From Eledone cirrhosa (lineage: Eukaryota), in contig OZ024743.1 in the NCBI GenBank assembly GCA_964016885.1, forward strand, positions 372,001 to 436,000: a stretch of DNA of 64,000 nt, in the 5' to 3' direction. The position numbers and the translations under genes are program-made. Under the pieces are notes generated by a model. That model was given only the letters and a program-made list of their open reading frames with translations. It did not search any database and was not told the origin of the DNA. Below, piece after piece: positions 14,721 through 29,669 of the stretch. Within the stretch, counting starts at the first letter, position 1. Every line of letters begins with the position of its first letter.

Positions 14721-14964
14721 ACATTTATGTGTTCATATGACCTGTAAGAAATTGCAGCCCAATTCTTCCCCAAAACACACCATATCTTCTTTAAAATAGC
14801 TCTGATCACGATTGACCTTGACACGCAATTTCAAAACAATCTGCGACCTTGTGCTTATGCGATAAGTCCTTATATTTACCAAAAGAAATACCATCCACAT
14901 AGTTTTCTCACTTTGTATGCCATACATACATACATACATACATACATACATACATACAAACGCG

Positions 14965-15258
14965 AGAGGCACTTAGTCGCTTACGACAATGAGTGTTGCA
15001 GTTGATCCTATCAACGGAAAAACCTGCTCATAAATTTAACGTGCAAGTGGCTGAGCATTCCACAGAGACGCGTATGCTTAACGTAGTTCTCAGGGAGATT
15101 CAGCGTGACACAGAATATGACAAGGCTGGCCATTCGAATTACAGGCACACCTCATTTTTTGCCAGCTGGAACAACGTGAAATAAAATGTCTTGCTCAAGG
15201 ACAAAACGCGCCACTGGGAATTGAACTCAGAACCTTACGATTGAAAGCCGAATACCAC
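14965..15258 (-). mobile_element. tRNA-derived CORE-type SINE
   Basis: Minus strand B box gagttcaattccc, then gtccttgagcaagacattttatttcacgttg; (tatg)n tail. Confidence 0.75.
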
Positions 15259-15477
15259 ATACATACATACATACGTACACTTACATATATACCATCATAC
15301 GCACGTGCAAAAACAGATATATACACATGTATGATTATATATAGTGCACACACACATACATACATACATACATACATACATACATACATACATCTATATA
15401 TATTTATTTAATACTGACTGTCGCAAGATTGAGTACACAATACCATAGTAGAGAATAATAATTTTTATTATGGTAAA

Positions 15478-15535
15478 GACAGATATTCACTTTTTGGATA
15501 TTCACCTGCGTGTTTACAGGTTCATCAGATAAGTA
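15478..15535 (-). ncRNA. Degenerate hammerhead-like motif
   Basis: CTGATGA acctg taaacacg caggt GAAT...: perfect 5-bp stem II, damaged GAAA, stem I and stem III. Confidence 0.4.
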
Positions 15536-16070
15536 AAACTCCAGAATACAGAGTACTTTATCTTGACCTAATAAAAAGTCATATATACAGTTATATAAAC
15601 ATATTCTCTTGTCTTCTTGAACCCAGGACTACATTTTCCACTGTATCCTTGCCACAGTTTTAAAGAAAATTTGAAATAGTGTTATGTGAATTTATTTCGA
15701 TTTATTTTGTTTGCTGTCGGTTAACTGTATTTATTTATTGTCTATCTAATTAGAATTTCTATAACAGTTAAAAGATAACCCGTTAGACTGGTGGACGAAG
15801 GTGATAATCTAAGATTACAGATGATGGCGGATATAAATTAGAGAAGGTGATTGTTGGGAATGGCAGCTGAAGAGATAGAGAGGGGGTGGGGAGATACAGG
15901 AGATACAGGAGATAAAGAGTGTGTGTGTGAGAAAGAGAGGGGGAGCGGAGAGAGAGTGTGTGTATGAGAAAGAGAGAGAGAGAGAAAGAAAAGGTATGAA
16001 AGAGATAAAATGTATAGATAGAGATACATTGAGGCACATAGACAGAGATAGTGTGGGAGAGAGAGATAAA

Positions 16071-16133
<63 letters not shown>

Positions 16134-16464
16134 TGTGTGTCTTCAGCAAGGATGGTTTTGAAAATGTAAATAAATGCAATATATTTATTTGTAAAATATT
16201 CAAATTTGATTTCTTAAGATATATTATCATTCGATTTTGATCGATTACAAATATTGTATAGAGTTTTGCCTACATACATAGATTTACATATTTATATATA
16301 TTATATTGATCTAATACAGCGCTGTTTGTGTGTGCGTGTGTGTGTGTGTATGTATGTATGTACGTATGTATGTTTGTGTGTATGTATATATGTATGTATG
16401 TGTGTATGTGTGTGAGTGTATGTATGTATGTGTGTATGTATGTATGTGTATGTGTGTGTATGTG

Positions 16465-16518
<54 letters not shown>

Positions 16519-17111
16519 ATGTTGTTTAGTGCTATATCAATTCTGTTCATGCTGATTTATTTCTAACCATGAGCAGACCGTTTTATTTTCCGCAATATTA
16601 TACTTTAATCTACATTACCGATTACTCAATATGCCATCTTCTAAGACGCTAGGGCGAATTTTGAAGGAAATCTGATAGCTATTTCTAGTAGACCATGTGA
16701 CCATTGGAACACCCAATCAATAGCTTGTTTTTATGTATGTGCTTGTGGTGGTATTATGGCGGAGGCTGTTGCGACGGTAAATGTAATTTTGCAAGTGGTG
16801 CCTCAGTTTTACAGTCGGTAGTCATCGTAGTGAAGCCGTTAGTCGTGCTGGTCATGGCATTAATGGTAATAGCTGGCTGGTTATGTCGGTGGAGGTATTA
16901 CTAAATGTGGTGGCGTTCTGTATGAATATAGTTGATTGTAATCAGTACCATTTCCTTCTGCAAATACTAACTGCTGCACATCTGAAATTGCATCTGGCTG
17001 ATAGGATTACTTGAGGAACAGTAATGTGTACATTTAGAAATAGTCGGCCGCTTTTACACAACTACATTTAAAGTCTCAGGGAGAGAACTTGTCCTCAACA
17101 AGACGACACGC

Positions 17112-17739
17112 ATACATACATATACATACATACATGGTGGCTGCCAACTCGTTTTCGAGTACGGCCACTACTTTATATCCATGTAGGAGAACCCCTACCG
17201 ATGCGCTGAACGAGTGTGACTTTTTAGTCCAGCCAGCGACTTGAAAACTCTGGTACAAACACTACACTTGTGACAATTATTGACACATAGTGCTGGGCCC
17301 GTGGCACCATGTGACGACAAGTGCAGAGAGATCTCCAGATATAAAGCAATGCCTGTGCCGTGAAGCTTTTATAGTGAGCAAAGGCACTGCACAAAGCCAG
17401 TCCCACTCTCTTAACCAAGATGATATTTACCAAAAAGAAGAACAAGTCAACATCATTGGATACCATCAGGGTTACAGGTGTTATATCAGAGTTTTCCTTC
17501 TTCTAGAATTCTGCCTTGACAAAGGCTAAGGGGTCATCTCTCCCGGTGATTTTGGATGGCCATTGACTCTTAAGAGGTCCTTTGCCCTTTGACAGGTTTT
17601 GTTTTTAGTCCTGCAGGATGTCCAAAGTCACCCTCCTCACCAAGAAACCTTGGTGGGGTTACCAGTTTAGTCGCCAACGACCCGATCATGAGACAGGTTG
17701 AACTGGGATACATGTTACCAGTAGCACCAACTGGTGACC
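17112..17739 (-). mobile_element. Bipartite non-autonomous RTE-derived retroelement (5'UTR plus 3' tail)
   Basis: RTE-like 5'UTR motif ttgtcaaggcagaattctagaagaaggaaaactctg; 3' end ctcgaaaacgagttggcagccaccat + (gtat)n; near-identical partial copy at 41325-41613; no long ORF. Confidence 0.75.
17662..17739 (-). ncRNA. Candidate HDV-like ribozyme at the element 5' end
   Basis: P1 ggtca/tgatc, P2 ccagt/actgg, P1.1 cc/gg, P4 tcg-ttgg-cga, J4/2 CTAA; P3 has a central C-C mismatch. Confidence 0.45.
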
Positions 17740-17839
17740 TGATACATACATACATACATACATACATACATACATACATACATACATACATACATTTATA
17801 TATAAATACATACATATACGCACACGCACTCACACATAT

Positions 17840-18051
17840 ATAATGGTTTCTTATATAGGCACAAGGCCAGCAATTTTGGGGGAGGGGACAGTCGATTAAA
17901 TCGACCCCAGTGCGTGACCGGTACTTTTTTTATTGACCTCGTAAGGATGAAAGGCAAAGTTAATCTCGGCGGGATTTGAATTCAGATCATAAAGGGTCGT
18001 AACTCTATGCTGCGAAGCATGACACCCGACCCTCTATCGATACTGCCAATC
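17840..18051 (-). mobile_element. tRNA-derived SINE (Deu/Nin-domain-like)
   Basis: ggcacaaggccagc...aaggatgaaaggcaaagt...ggatttgaattc...gatactgccaatcc. Confidence 0.88.
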
Positions 18052-18189
18052 CCTATGGACCCGTAATTCCTATTGGAGCCGTAGGGACGCCTTGGTATGT
18101 TTATTATATGTGTGCTAACTATTTCTAGTAGACCATGTGACCATTGGAATACATGTGCATGTATGTATATATATGTATGTGTTCATGTA

Positions 18190-18400
18190 TACGCGGGGAC
18201 ATGGAAATACTCGGTTTGGGGCCCAGCACGCGGTGAGCCGACCGTGAGTGAGAGGCCCTTAGTTCTTGTTAGGGCATCATTCTAAGAGAAGGAAAACACA
18301 TGTAAAACTATAACTCCCGGGAGCCAGTGGTGTTGACCTGTTTGTCATGTTGGATGCATGTCACCGTTGTCCAGAGTAAGATGTGTCCAGTGCAACACTT
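18190..18400 (+). mobile_element. RTE 5'UTR-like fragment
   Basis: ttgttagggcatcattctaagagaaggaaaac motif. Confidence 0.45.
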
Positions 18401-19448
18401 AACAAATGATTCAAGCACATATGAGGTATACTTATTTTGAAAAACAAATAATTTTATACTTCGCTGCGTAATGTAAACAGAATGGTAGGTAACCCCACAT
18501 ATTTTTATTTTACCATAGGCAGAAAAGAGGGATAAGGATATTACTTACCTCTAAACTTCTGTAACCTTCATTAGATAAAGAAAAGCCATCCTCTTTTAAC
18601 AGATATTAGTAGCTTATATCTCCTTATGGTGGGTTCAAAGTCGAAGATACTCGCATAGAAACGTACACAGAAAAACACATATGTATAAATATATATAAGT
18701 GTGTGTGTATGTGTGTGTGTTTGTGTGTGTGTGCGTGTGTAGTACATATGGACAGAGTTTGCGAGTGAAGCAAGTAGACAAAGCCCGATAGGAAGAGAGA
18801 AAGGGAGAAATAACGCAACAGCCCCAACAGCCATATGTCATCTACACATCCACAGTAATAATAAGACAGAACAAATCACTAAGAGTCAAATATATTCCCT
18901 CGAAATGAGAGTCCTGTTTCGAACCCCGAGAGATTTCTTTTGAAGGGGATACCAACATACAGTTGAAATAATTGATTATATTTATTGAGTAAGGCTTTCG
19001 GTTATATAATGCCCAAATTTTGATATCTAATTTAACGAGCTTGAAACAATGCCCAAATATTGAGAAGTATTAGAATATATATATATAATTGAATAAGCCT
19101 CAAAGATCAGTAGAGTATTACCTATTTCCAGATACGATGCTTCTCTTCTTCTGAATGTACATATTACATGATTATATTTATTATACAATGTAGTAATATC
19201 GTATTTCTGTGGTACTATTTGAATATTGAAATGTGAAGAAATTTCTAGTATATTCCTTTAAATATTGAATGTTGTATAGTTTCAGCCACATTTTCAACTG
19301 TGGAGCACCACTTGCAAGGTTTCCAGTCGGTCACATCGATCCCGGTATTCATTTCATGTTGCTGATCACTATTTCCCGAATGTCTAAGTCAACCTTCGCG
19401 TAACTGACTTAACTCGGCATCAGATGTCCTAATTTTGCTCACTCGTGT

Positions 19449-19499
<51 letters not shown>

Positions 19500-19500
<1 letters not shown>

Positions 19501-19637
19501 GTAATTCCGGGTTGAATCGGAGGTAACCACAGTAAGTAAGGTACTCAATACATTGCAGAGTATAAAAGTTTTAATATAGATGATTTCTAAAGAATGAAAC
19601 AGTTCTAGTCCTGTAGAATCTCATCTATATTAAAACT
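19500..19637. mobile_element. Hammerhead repeat family B, collapsed inverted copy
   Basis: Matches 54466-54604 and 38281-38412; arms agttttaatatagatga/tcatctatattaaaact enclose GATGA...GAAACagttctagtcctGTA. Confidence 0.8.
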
Positions 19638-20099
19638 ATATATATATATATATGTATCCATACATTCACATATATATGTACACACACACGCACCGCACAC
19701 ACAAGCAAAAATACACGCACACACATGCACACACATACATATAAATATATATATAAATAGCATATATAAATATATATATATATGTATATATACATTCAAT
19801 GTATTGAAGATTGGAACCAAAATAATTACCTTATAGACTAACAAGAATGTTTTTCTACTATATCCAAGAATTTCACCATCTTGCTGTGGTATTTGTTTTA
19901 TGCTAACAGTTGTGAGCTTAACATTTTCTGAAGAAGTTATGAAGTAACACTATATGCATAATAACCTTTGGTTTCTGAATGGACCTTGGAGAAGCTATTG
20001 TGGTGTTTCAACGAGCCCCACTAGTACATACTTATGAGCTGAATATTTGTTGACAGTTACCAATTGAATATTATTGGCATGAGAAGTTTCTTAAATTGT

Positions 20100-21030
20100 T
20101 AATGTCCAATAGAGAATGATAGATAATATTTTCGTCTGAAAAAGATTAATTGATGCATACAAGGGTTTTTGAGGTCGTGTTTAGTCTTAGAGTAGCATAA
20201 AAGTGTTAAGATACCTGTTTAAAATGCTTGCATATTCACTCGCTGAATCTAATCCTGTGAAAAATGGACAACACAGGAAACGAATTCAACCTCCACGTCT
20301 CTGGACTATTTTGAGCATTCACTGGTTCGTATATTATTCACATTAAAAGGTCGAAGAAAGATGGTAAAGTCAGTGTAGAGATATATTTACATCACCACAG
20401 GTGGAGTATATATCGGACAGCTTGTGAGAGAGAAGGATAAACGTATGCCAAAGAAACTAATTTACGGTGACCTATCCAAAGGCAAGCGTCCACAGAACAA
20501 ACCTCAGATACATTTTAATGATTGTGTTAGTACATACTACATTGATAGCCTTCAATATCTCAAAATAAAATCGAGAATCTATAGCATAAAATAAAGCAAG
20601 ATGGAGAAGAGCAATAATCTCGGGGTCAGTTTCATTTCAGGACAAAATTTACGGTTTGTGAAGATGACTCAACATTCAGAAAGGGAAGGTAATTGAAAAA
20701 AATCTTTAATATATATGATTGATATGTATTTAACTAGGCTTAATCTTCGCAAGCTGGCATTTTAAGACATAAAAAAAAACATGTGGAGAGACTAACCGCA
20801 AGTTGAAAGTCTCACATATGCGGAATGTAAGAAGTCATGCGTAAGTAAATCAAGTCTCACACTCCATACGAAACTTCGAAATAACGATGCCACCACATAC
20901 ATTTAAGCAAAACAAAGCGCATTCTTGTATCTTGTTTAGAATAAACGCAGCAAGTTATTAACAAAGCTCAAGAGGCATGGCAGGACACATATATGAACTA
21001 AAAATAAAATAGAATAAAATAAAATAAAGT
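20100..21030 (+). mobile_element. RTE-clade LINE 3' relic
   Basis: Translation REDKRMPKKLIYGDLSKGKRPQNKP...FNDCV, RWRRAI, C2H2-like ECKKSCVSKSSLTLH; (aaaat)n tail. Confidence 0.8.
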
Positions 21031-21104
21031 ATATATTTAAAATATACAAATAAATGTTATTTTAATCATTACTGCTGGTCTTGTACGTCTGTCTCTGTCT
21101 CTCG

Positions 21105-21254
<150 letters not shown>

Positions 21255-21324
21255 TAAATATTTAAATTATATTTTTTAATTTATTTTAAAAAATTGTTTG
21301 AATCTTACTTGCTCCGCTTATCTC

Positions 21325-21362
<38 letters not shown>

Positions 21363-21618
21363 GTATATATAAATGGCAGGCTTACTCAGTTTCCGTTAAT
21401 AACATTTCATAAACAAGGCTTTGTTTGACTCTAGACTCTGCTTGAAGGAACTCATTCAAGGTACCACGTTGTTAGTTATGATGGAGCCCAAAATCAAATC
21501 CTAACCGATTGCCATGTATTTTATTTAAATACGTTACATCAACCAAACAGACATGTAAGTTTTGTTTTCAACCATGGCACTTCTTAACCACAGTGCCATG
21601 TGAGTAATTTTAAATAAT

Positions 21619-21800
21619 TGTTTCTACTTTAGGCACAAGGCCAGCAAATTACCCAGTGCATTACTGGTACTTTATTTTATCGACCCCGTAAGGATGAAAG
21701 GCAAAGTCAACCTCGGCGGGATTTGAACTCAGATCATAAAGGGACGTAACTATGCTGGAAAGCATGGCGTCCGACCCTCTACCGATACTGCCAATCCACC
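21619..21800 (-). mobile_element. Young tRNA-derived SINE with 12-bp TSD
   Basis: TSD attttaaataat at 21607-21618 and 21801-21812. Confidence 0.92.
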
Positions 21801-22045
21801 ATTTTAAATAATATAGTCATATATGTTATCTAGCGATAACTAATTTTAAACCCGCTTGCGTGTATGTTATTCTAATGTCTCTTCTTAACCACACTCCCAT
21901 GTGTTGTTCTAAATATGTCAAACCTTAACCACAGTGCCATGTATGTTATTTGAATATGTCATATCGTAATCGCACTATCATGTTATATCTATCGCATTCT
22001 CTTCGTCTCTCTCTCAATAGACACATATATATATGTTTACTGTTT

Positions 22046-22129
<84 letters not shown>

Positions 22130-22135
22130 ACACAC

Positions 22136-22230
<95 letters not shown>

Positions 22231-22232
<2 letters not shown>

Positions 22233-22329
22233 AGGTGTCTCCCCAAAATGTATACACACTATGATTACCTGTACGGGAAATATGTATTAGAATGCTGTTG
22301 AAGAGTGTATACATTTTTGGGACACCCTG
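22231..22329. mobile_element. Tc1/mariner-type MITE
   Basis: TIRs caaggtgtc..ccaaaatgtatacac / gtgtatacatttttgggacaccctg, flanked by TA. Confidence 0.8.
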
Positions 22330-22334
22330 TATAT

Positions 22335-22365
<31 letters not shown>

Positions 22366-22414
22366 CATTTCTTTATGTGTGCAACACCACCATTCTACAC
22401 CAATACACATCACT

Positions 22415-22456
22415 ATCATTTGATAATGCATAAACATGCTGAAACCGGTAATAGAC
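22415..22456 (+). ncRNA. Hammerhead motif with U3-A8 core
   Basis: at TTGATAA t gcat aaac atgc t GAAAC CG GTA at; weak stem I. Confidence 0.6.
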
Positions 22457-22644
22457 AATTATTAAATCTATAAATAGATAAATAAATGCCATTGTTAATT
22501 AATTAATAAATCAACTAATACCTTAACATTTTACACATAGTAAAATATTTCGTTTTAATCAATTTCTAACCCATAAAAAAGAGAGAAATAAATAAAAAAG
22601 GAAAATATATTTTTTCTTCCTAATAATCGTCTCTTTCTCCCTGT

Positions 22645-22685
<41 letters not shown>

Positions 22686-22694
22686 GGTTTCTAT

Positions 22695-22746
22695 GCTCTA
22701 CGGTTAAGCTTCTACCGTTTCGATATCATATATCTCTACCAATGCC
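22695..22746 (-). ncRNA. Decayed hammerhead-like motif
   Basis: gatat atg atatc GAAAC ggt agaagctta acc GTA; 5' core degraded. Confidence 0.45.
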
Positions 22747-23399
22747 TTTTGTTAATCACACTTCCGTAAAATATGGCATGTATAAATGTTCAGAACCTGG
22801 AGAGTTACTGTTTAGTTCAAAGACCATCTTGTTTGCGCGAGTCGCGTCATTATAAAAAGACATCGCAGTCATCCCTTTTCATTCATTTATAATATATTTG
22901 GGACCACATTGTTCAATGTGAGTCCCTTAAAACATTATGGTGCAGTTTGAGGGAGATTTAATTGTTTTGTTTTATGTCAAGTCGAATAACCACGTTGGGA
23001 CTCTCCTCACTGGTATGTAGTTTAATATAGTTCTGCGATTTGTTGTCGCTATTATTGTTATTTCGCTCTGAATTTGCTAACCAATGGTCAAATGCGTTCA
23101 AAACTTAAACGTACCACCTATAAGTACATCTAGGACGACATTGTCCAATGAGGCTTTTTTATGTGGTTTGCTGTGATTTGATAGACATTCGGTTGCTATA
23201 TCTAGCTGGTAGAACGGTCACTGGACCATAGTTTGCCAAACTGTGTCTTTGACAATCTTTAGGTTCATTGTGAATTTCAGTGAAATCCGCTCAATTTTTA
23301 CAAATATCTTTGGTAGTAAAATATATGAGAACTCTCAACTCTGTGCACAATTAGACACACGAGTGGTGACCCGTAGTATGATAAACTCCAGTAATTTTG

Positions 23400-23650
23400 T
23401 GCTGGCTCGTGGATAAGTGGTTAAGGTGTTGGACTTACAATCATTATGTTGTGGGTTCGATACCTGAACCGGATTGTGTATTGTATTCTTGAGCAAAACA
23501 ATTTCACGTTGCTCTAATATACTAGCAGTAACTTGTGGTTTAACTCTGCGATGGACTGGCGTCCTGTCCAGAGGGTAACCTTCTCCTCTCAGTCAACTAA
23601 CCGAGATAACCACCCGTCTAATGAGTTTCAGAGCTAGAAACAGACTTTAG
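23400..23650 (+). mobile_element. tRNA-derived CORE-type SINE
   Basis: A box-like tggataagtgg, B box ggttcgatacc, ttcttgagcaaaac core, ctgcgatggactggcgtcctgtccag. Confidence 0.75.
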
Positions 23651-25295
23651 AATTTCAAGTTGCTAGTAGAAAATGCATCGTAAATGGGAAAAGTTTGGAA
23701 AGCTCTAATGCAGACACTTTTCCGTAATATGTCAAGTAATTAGACAATTAGGAAAGATACATTAGTATTATTTATTGTTGAATTCTCCAGTCAGTTTGAG
23801 TTCAAATTGCACCGCAGTAGATTTTGACTTTCATAATCCAAGTAGCCAAGTACTATGGTACTTTTATCTATCGGAATCGGTGACGGTGCGCTCTGACTAC
23901 AAACTGCATTCCTGTGATCAGAAGTGGAGGGCGCTGTTTGAAAGGGAAGGTTAGAAACCTCTACACAAAAGAAAAAAATAATGACAGACCACTGAAATCA
24001 TCAAAGCTAGTATCGGTGTGCGGTACAGCTTGAAACAAAAGTAAAAAATAAAGAAAAGACAACACTATTAATATATGTGGCCTTCTGAGTTTGAAATCTA
24101 ATAACATCAACTTTCCTCTTCATTATTTCGGTCGTCAAAATATATAACCATCAAGTAATAAAATATAAAAGAAATATTAGTATAGAAATCAGAGAATCTA
24201 TAAGCTAGAAACAATAGATTTGGGCGCTTTTAGCATTTCGTTTTGATCCTATATGTTCTCACTTCAAACCGCCATGCCGGTTTAATCCTTTTTTAAATAA
24301 CGTTACATAAAATTATTTCCTAGATCCCACCAAATATTTGACTCGTCCAAGTGACAAGTTAAAATGAACTATATTTATTCATAAATCTACAGTGTACCCG
24401 TGTAACAAATAACGTTATAACATACTCACGGTTATATGCTGTATTTGTTGAAATGATTAAAATAATAGTAGTATATGGCTAATATTGTTATTTCTCATCG
24501 CATAATTATTTCTAGATAGCTTTCTAAATTTTCACGAATTAAATATGTTAGTACGAACTTAACTAAATGACGGATGAATTAAATTGTCTAAACAGAAAGA
24601 TGTTTTATGGTAAAGACAATGGGCACTTTTACACGCTTAGGGAGGAATTACATTCTAGCATTCGAGGTATGCAAATAAAAGTTATCTACGGTGTTTGAGG
24701 TCTATTTTAATTACTTGACCGGTATTTGAATGTGAGCACCCCGAATTCATTTCGAATTAAGGTGCATGTTATCGAAATGTTTAGACATAAAAATTCCTGG
24801 CTCATTTCTTACATTTAAATATGGTAGGATGTTCGTTAAGGTACATTGATGATGATATAGTACGTAAGTACGTTGTTCTGCTGGTGTGTTTACGTTGTAT
24901 AGTGTTTTGTATAGCTAGATATCTGATTACACATACGGGTAGTCAACACTATAATAGTTTTACTATATGTGAATACACTACTAAATGCTATTGTTGTCTG
25001 TATAAATAACAATGCGTCTAGAATTTCTTTCTGAATCGAAAGAGAAAATCTTCATAGTTACGTAAACAGATAAACTGAAACAACGATTTCTACAATAAGC
25101 AAACTGCTAGATAATTAAACTATAATTGCCAGGAAATGAGAAACACAATAATTAGAACAGAGTTAACTACTTACTTATGACATTTATTCTCGAAAATTCC
25201 CGCCAACCTATCAACTAACCAGGTTACTAAATAACGTAGAAGTATTTTCGCATTTCTAAATTTCTCTCTCTTCTCACCCCACCCCTCTCTCTCTA

Positions 25296-25407
<112 letters not shown>

Positions 25408-25425
25408 TATATATATATATATATA

Positions 25426-25490
<65 letters not shown>

Positions 25491-25641
25491 AAAAAAAGAA
25501 TTTCGCTCTACATGGCTGAATACAATAAATGTAATCTGAGTTTTTCAAATATTAATAATAATATTCGATTCGTTTTCAATTATGCAAATAAGCCTCAATT
25601 TTATAGCCATGCATATGTATATATAAATATATAGGTGTGTG

Positions 25642-25761
<120 letters not shown>

Positions 25762-25876
25762 ATGTGGTTTAGCGTCGGGCCTACAATCCTGAGGTTGTGA
25801 CTTCGCCTACACTGTGATAAGACCAAAACCAAAAACGGTGGAAGTCAACCAGGGATGAGTAAAAAGCCCCTAGATT

Positions 25877-25951
<75 letters not shown>

Positions 25952-26229
25952 CGCGCGGCATGCAGGTGATATTTCAGACCAGCTTTTGGTTTGCAATCAC
26001 GTTCACATATGTGTATTAGAATGTCTGTCTCCTGGCATTACCAACAGGATTGTGTCTTCATGTATTTTACCATGTCTGGTCAGTCGACCAGCCGACTTTC
26101 AAAATAAAGCCACACTCGTAGCTAATGTAGAGCGGATGGCGTAGCGTTGAACCATCTCACAAGTGACTCGAGTTTTGTCGGGCTTGTGTGGTATCAGATG
26201 ATTGACAGATCCAGATCTTCATAGACGAA

Positions 26230-27115
26230 ATCGTCTACATATATTGTATCTCTATGGAATTGGCAGGCACTGCAAGTGAACACTTCGAACCAGCATGCTC
26301 CACTTCCTTTTTCTGAAAGACATCACATCATAATCGATCATTGGCCTTCAATCAATGTCTCTCAATTCTCCATATCAATCTGCAGAGCTTTAAGCTTGTT
26401 TTTTTATGATATCTCTGAACCGCTTCTTCAGTTTATGCTGTGGTCCTTCCCTCTCGTTAGCTCCCTATAAAATAACTGTTTAGGTAGCCTTCTATCTTCC
26501 ATTCTGACCACATGAGCAGCCCAACTCATGTGGTTAACAATAATCCTCTTCTAAATACTGGTGCTGGCCACTTTCTGAAGTAGAGAAGCATCAGGTGATG
26601 AAACTTTTCCAGCTATTTGATATGATGCCTGTACGTTGTCCACGTTTCGCATCCCTATAGCAAAGCTTTAAGAACAAATGCCTCATACACCGAGAGCTTT
26701 GCCCTTTCGTGATACGCCGATCTGACAAGATTCACTTCTCAGGTTTCCCGAAGGCAAGACTCGCATTTGCAATCCTGTGATATATTTCAGCATCGAGAGT
26801 ACACTCTACTAAGCGTACTTCCAAGATACACAAAGCTGTCTACAACTTTGTGTATCTCGGAAGGAAAATGTCTAGCTCCACATACACCTGGCCAGCTAGT
26901 GGAGTTTACATAGCCTTTGTCTTTTGTATGCTATTTAACCCAAATGCAATGCATGCATTGGAGAAGCTGCTCATTATCGACTGCATGTCTTCTGCAGTGT
27001 GTGCCACAAATCAGCATCATCAGCATACAGAAACTCCCTGACAACAGTTCCAGAATTAATTTCACAACCAATCTACATTACGTAGATTGTAACATCATAC
27101 TTCATTATGTAAGAT
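26230..27115 (-). mobile_element. RTE-clade LINE RT relic
   Basis: Minus translation VVREFLYADDADL (YADD at 27016-27027), FVYLGSTL, TLDAEIYHRIANASLAFGK, WAAHVVRMEDRRLPKQLFY; frameshifted. Confidence 0.9.
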
Positions 27116-28825
27116 TGTAAATATTTAGAAATGACAGGTTCATTGTAAGAGTTTGCAGAATGGTGGGCTCTATCGCAAAACTTAAAGATGCCTGAAGTAG
27201 GTATAGCATAGATATACATCTTTGATAAAGTGGCTGGAATATAGAGGTTGTGTTGTGAAACAAACGACATTGATGTTAGATTGTAAGTTAACAAGTTATC
27301 CAGATTTAGTCACACTAGAAAACCAAATTATATTTCCGGAACAAATTTATATTCTTCATTGCAAACTGATAAATAAACCAGACCTCAATTTGTGAAATAA
27401 ACTAATCTTTAAATAGTTTACCCGTTATCTACCCCCTGTTATTAGCTGTCCAGTGAACAGACCACATGTTTCTGCTCATTTTGAGTTTCATGTTCGGAGG
27501 ATCAGTGAGAAAATAAATTTAAAACAACTCCAATCTACGGTCACAAGAAGTGCTGTCAACTAATGGAAAGATAACGCTGTATGTTCGCCGTTTAACGCCT
27601 GTTGAATACCCTACCATCACCCCATCGAACACCACTTCTTTAATATATTTTCCTGATAGCATGGTCTTTGTGAAAAGACACGTTCCAGTTACATTAAAGA
27701 TTATCTTTTTGAACTCTTACCTTTTTTTTTTATATATTTCCCTTCTAATTAAAGGATAGCTCGAATCAGTTCTAAAAGCGTAAACTTCGTAATTTTATCA
27801 AATTACAGTAACTCCCCACTTACTATTATATAATGGGTACCCTATTAAACTTATCAAACATCGTTCTTGAAATCAGGTTAGGGTAAATATAAAGATACAA
27901 ATACACAAATCTTTCATACAGACATTATATGCATACAAAAATTAATATAACCTAGTCAATCTTTTTACTGAAAACAGCATAAAAACTCAAGAAATTCTGT
28001 AGAATGAGGTATATTTATATTTTTGAACAATACAGTTTTGCTACAAAATAAATATTGGTGGAAGTGCTTTATGGGCATGTTATAAAACCGCATAGGGTTC
28101 TCATGCTTTATAATTATCCGTGTCTTATGCCCATCGTTTTTGCGAAAGATAGCAAAGAATTATACAAAGATTGGGTAAGATAAATGATATACTGTTATCA
28201 GTTGGACAACAATCAAACATTCACTTTATTTGAATCCGACGAAAAATAAATGAGCTTAAACCTTTCTTTTCCTGAAAATATTCAGCTCGCAACCTATACT
28301 GCTTTGAACAGAACATGCGGTTTTCATACCAAGAAAATATGTCAGAACATCTTTCAATGTTTGTCAATGACCGAGCTCTTATCTGGACGCATGTTAAGCT
28401 AGAAATAGCAACCAAATCAAACTCAAACCATGTCTCAACGTTATTAGGAAGAACAGACATATCAGACGACACATCTCTCATAAGCAAGGAAATAAATAAA
28501 ATGGTGATGGTTGGAATATTTTTGAGTATTGATCAGCTGCATAAGAGCTGTCTTGGGAACAAGCAAACGTCATTCAGCAATATATTGGGCATTGATAAAC
28601 TGAATATATAGTGGCAAAGTGCTACCAGTTCGCACCATCACAAATCAACGTCCAAAATGTCCATTACAACATATAATTGACATATGCCGAAACAACACGC
28701 AATATCGGGATAATATCCGAATGAGCAAAAGACGAAGAGACGATGTGTGTGATTTAGTGTGTGTTGTGCGTGTACTTTCGTCTATGTATGCTTGTGTGTC
28801 TATATATATATATATATATACGTAC

Positions 28826-28936
<111 letters not shown>

Positions 28937-28995
28937 TTATACACGTACAAATAACACACACACACACACGCACACACACACACACACACACACAT

Positions 28996-29040
<45 letters not shown>

Positions 29041-29306
29041 ACCTTCCCACAAATCTAATCTTTTGATGCCCCACTGAAGTATCACCGCCAATCATACGTT
29101 TTACAATGACTTTCATTCGAAGCAGCAAAAGCATCATTTTGCTTGCTTAGAGAAACTCTGAGTACCTAGGAAGGTATATGACAGTCTTATATAATAGACT
29201 GACAGTGTGTGTATATGTGTGAATATATATCTGTATATATATATATACACATACAACTACATATGTATGTACATATACACAAATATACAAATATGCACAT
29301 CTCTCT

Positions 29307-29362
<56 letters not shown>

Positions 29363-29363
29363 A

Positions 29364-29406
<43 letters not shown>

Positions 29407-29428
29407 CATATGTACAGAAATACACGTA

Positions 29429-29508
<80 letters not shown>

Positions 29509-29669
29509 TACATATATATATACATATACATATATAAATATATACATATGTATATATAAATATATATATATATATGTAAATATATATGTGCATATATATA
29601 AATATATATATGTATATATATATATATAAATATATATATATGTATCTATATCTATATATATATATGTAT

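Noticed and set aside
28221-28740. Possible Helitron helicase or mariner relic (LPVRTIT..., KPHVL)
   Set aside because: Resemblances are weak and fall on conflicting strands; a profile search is needed
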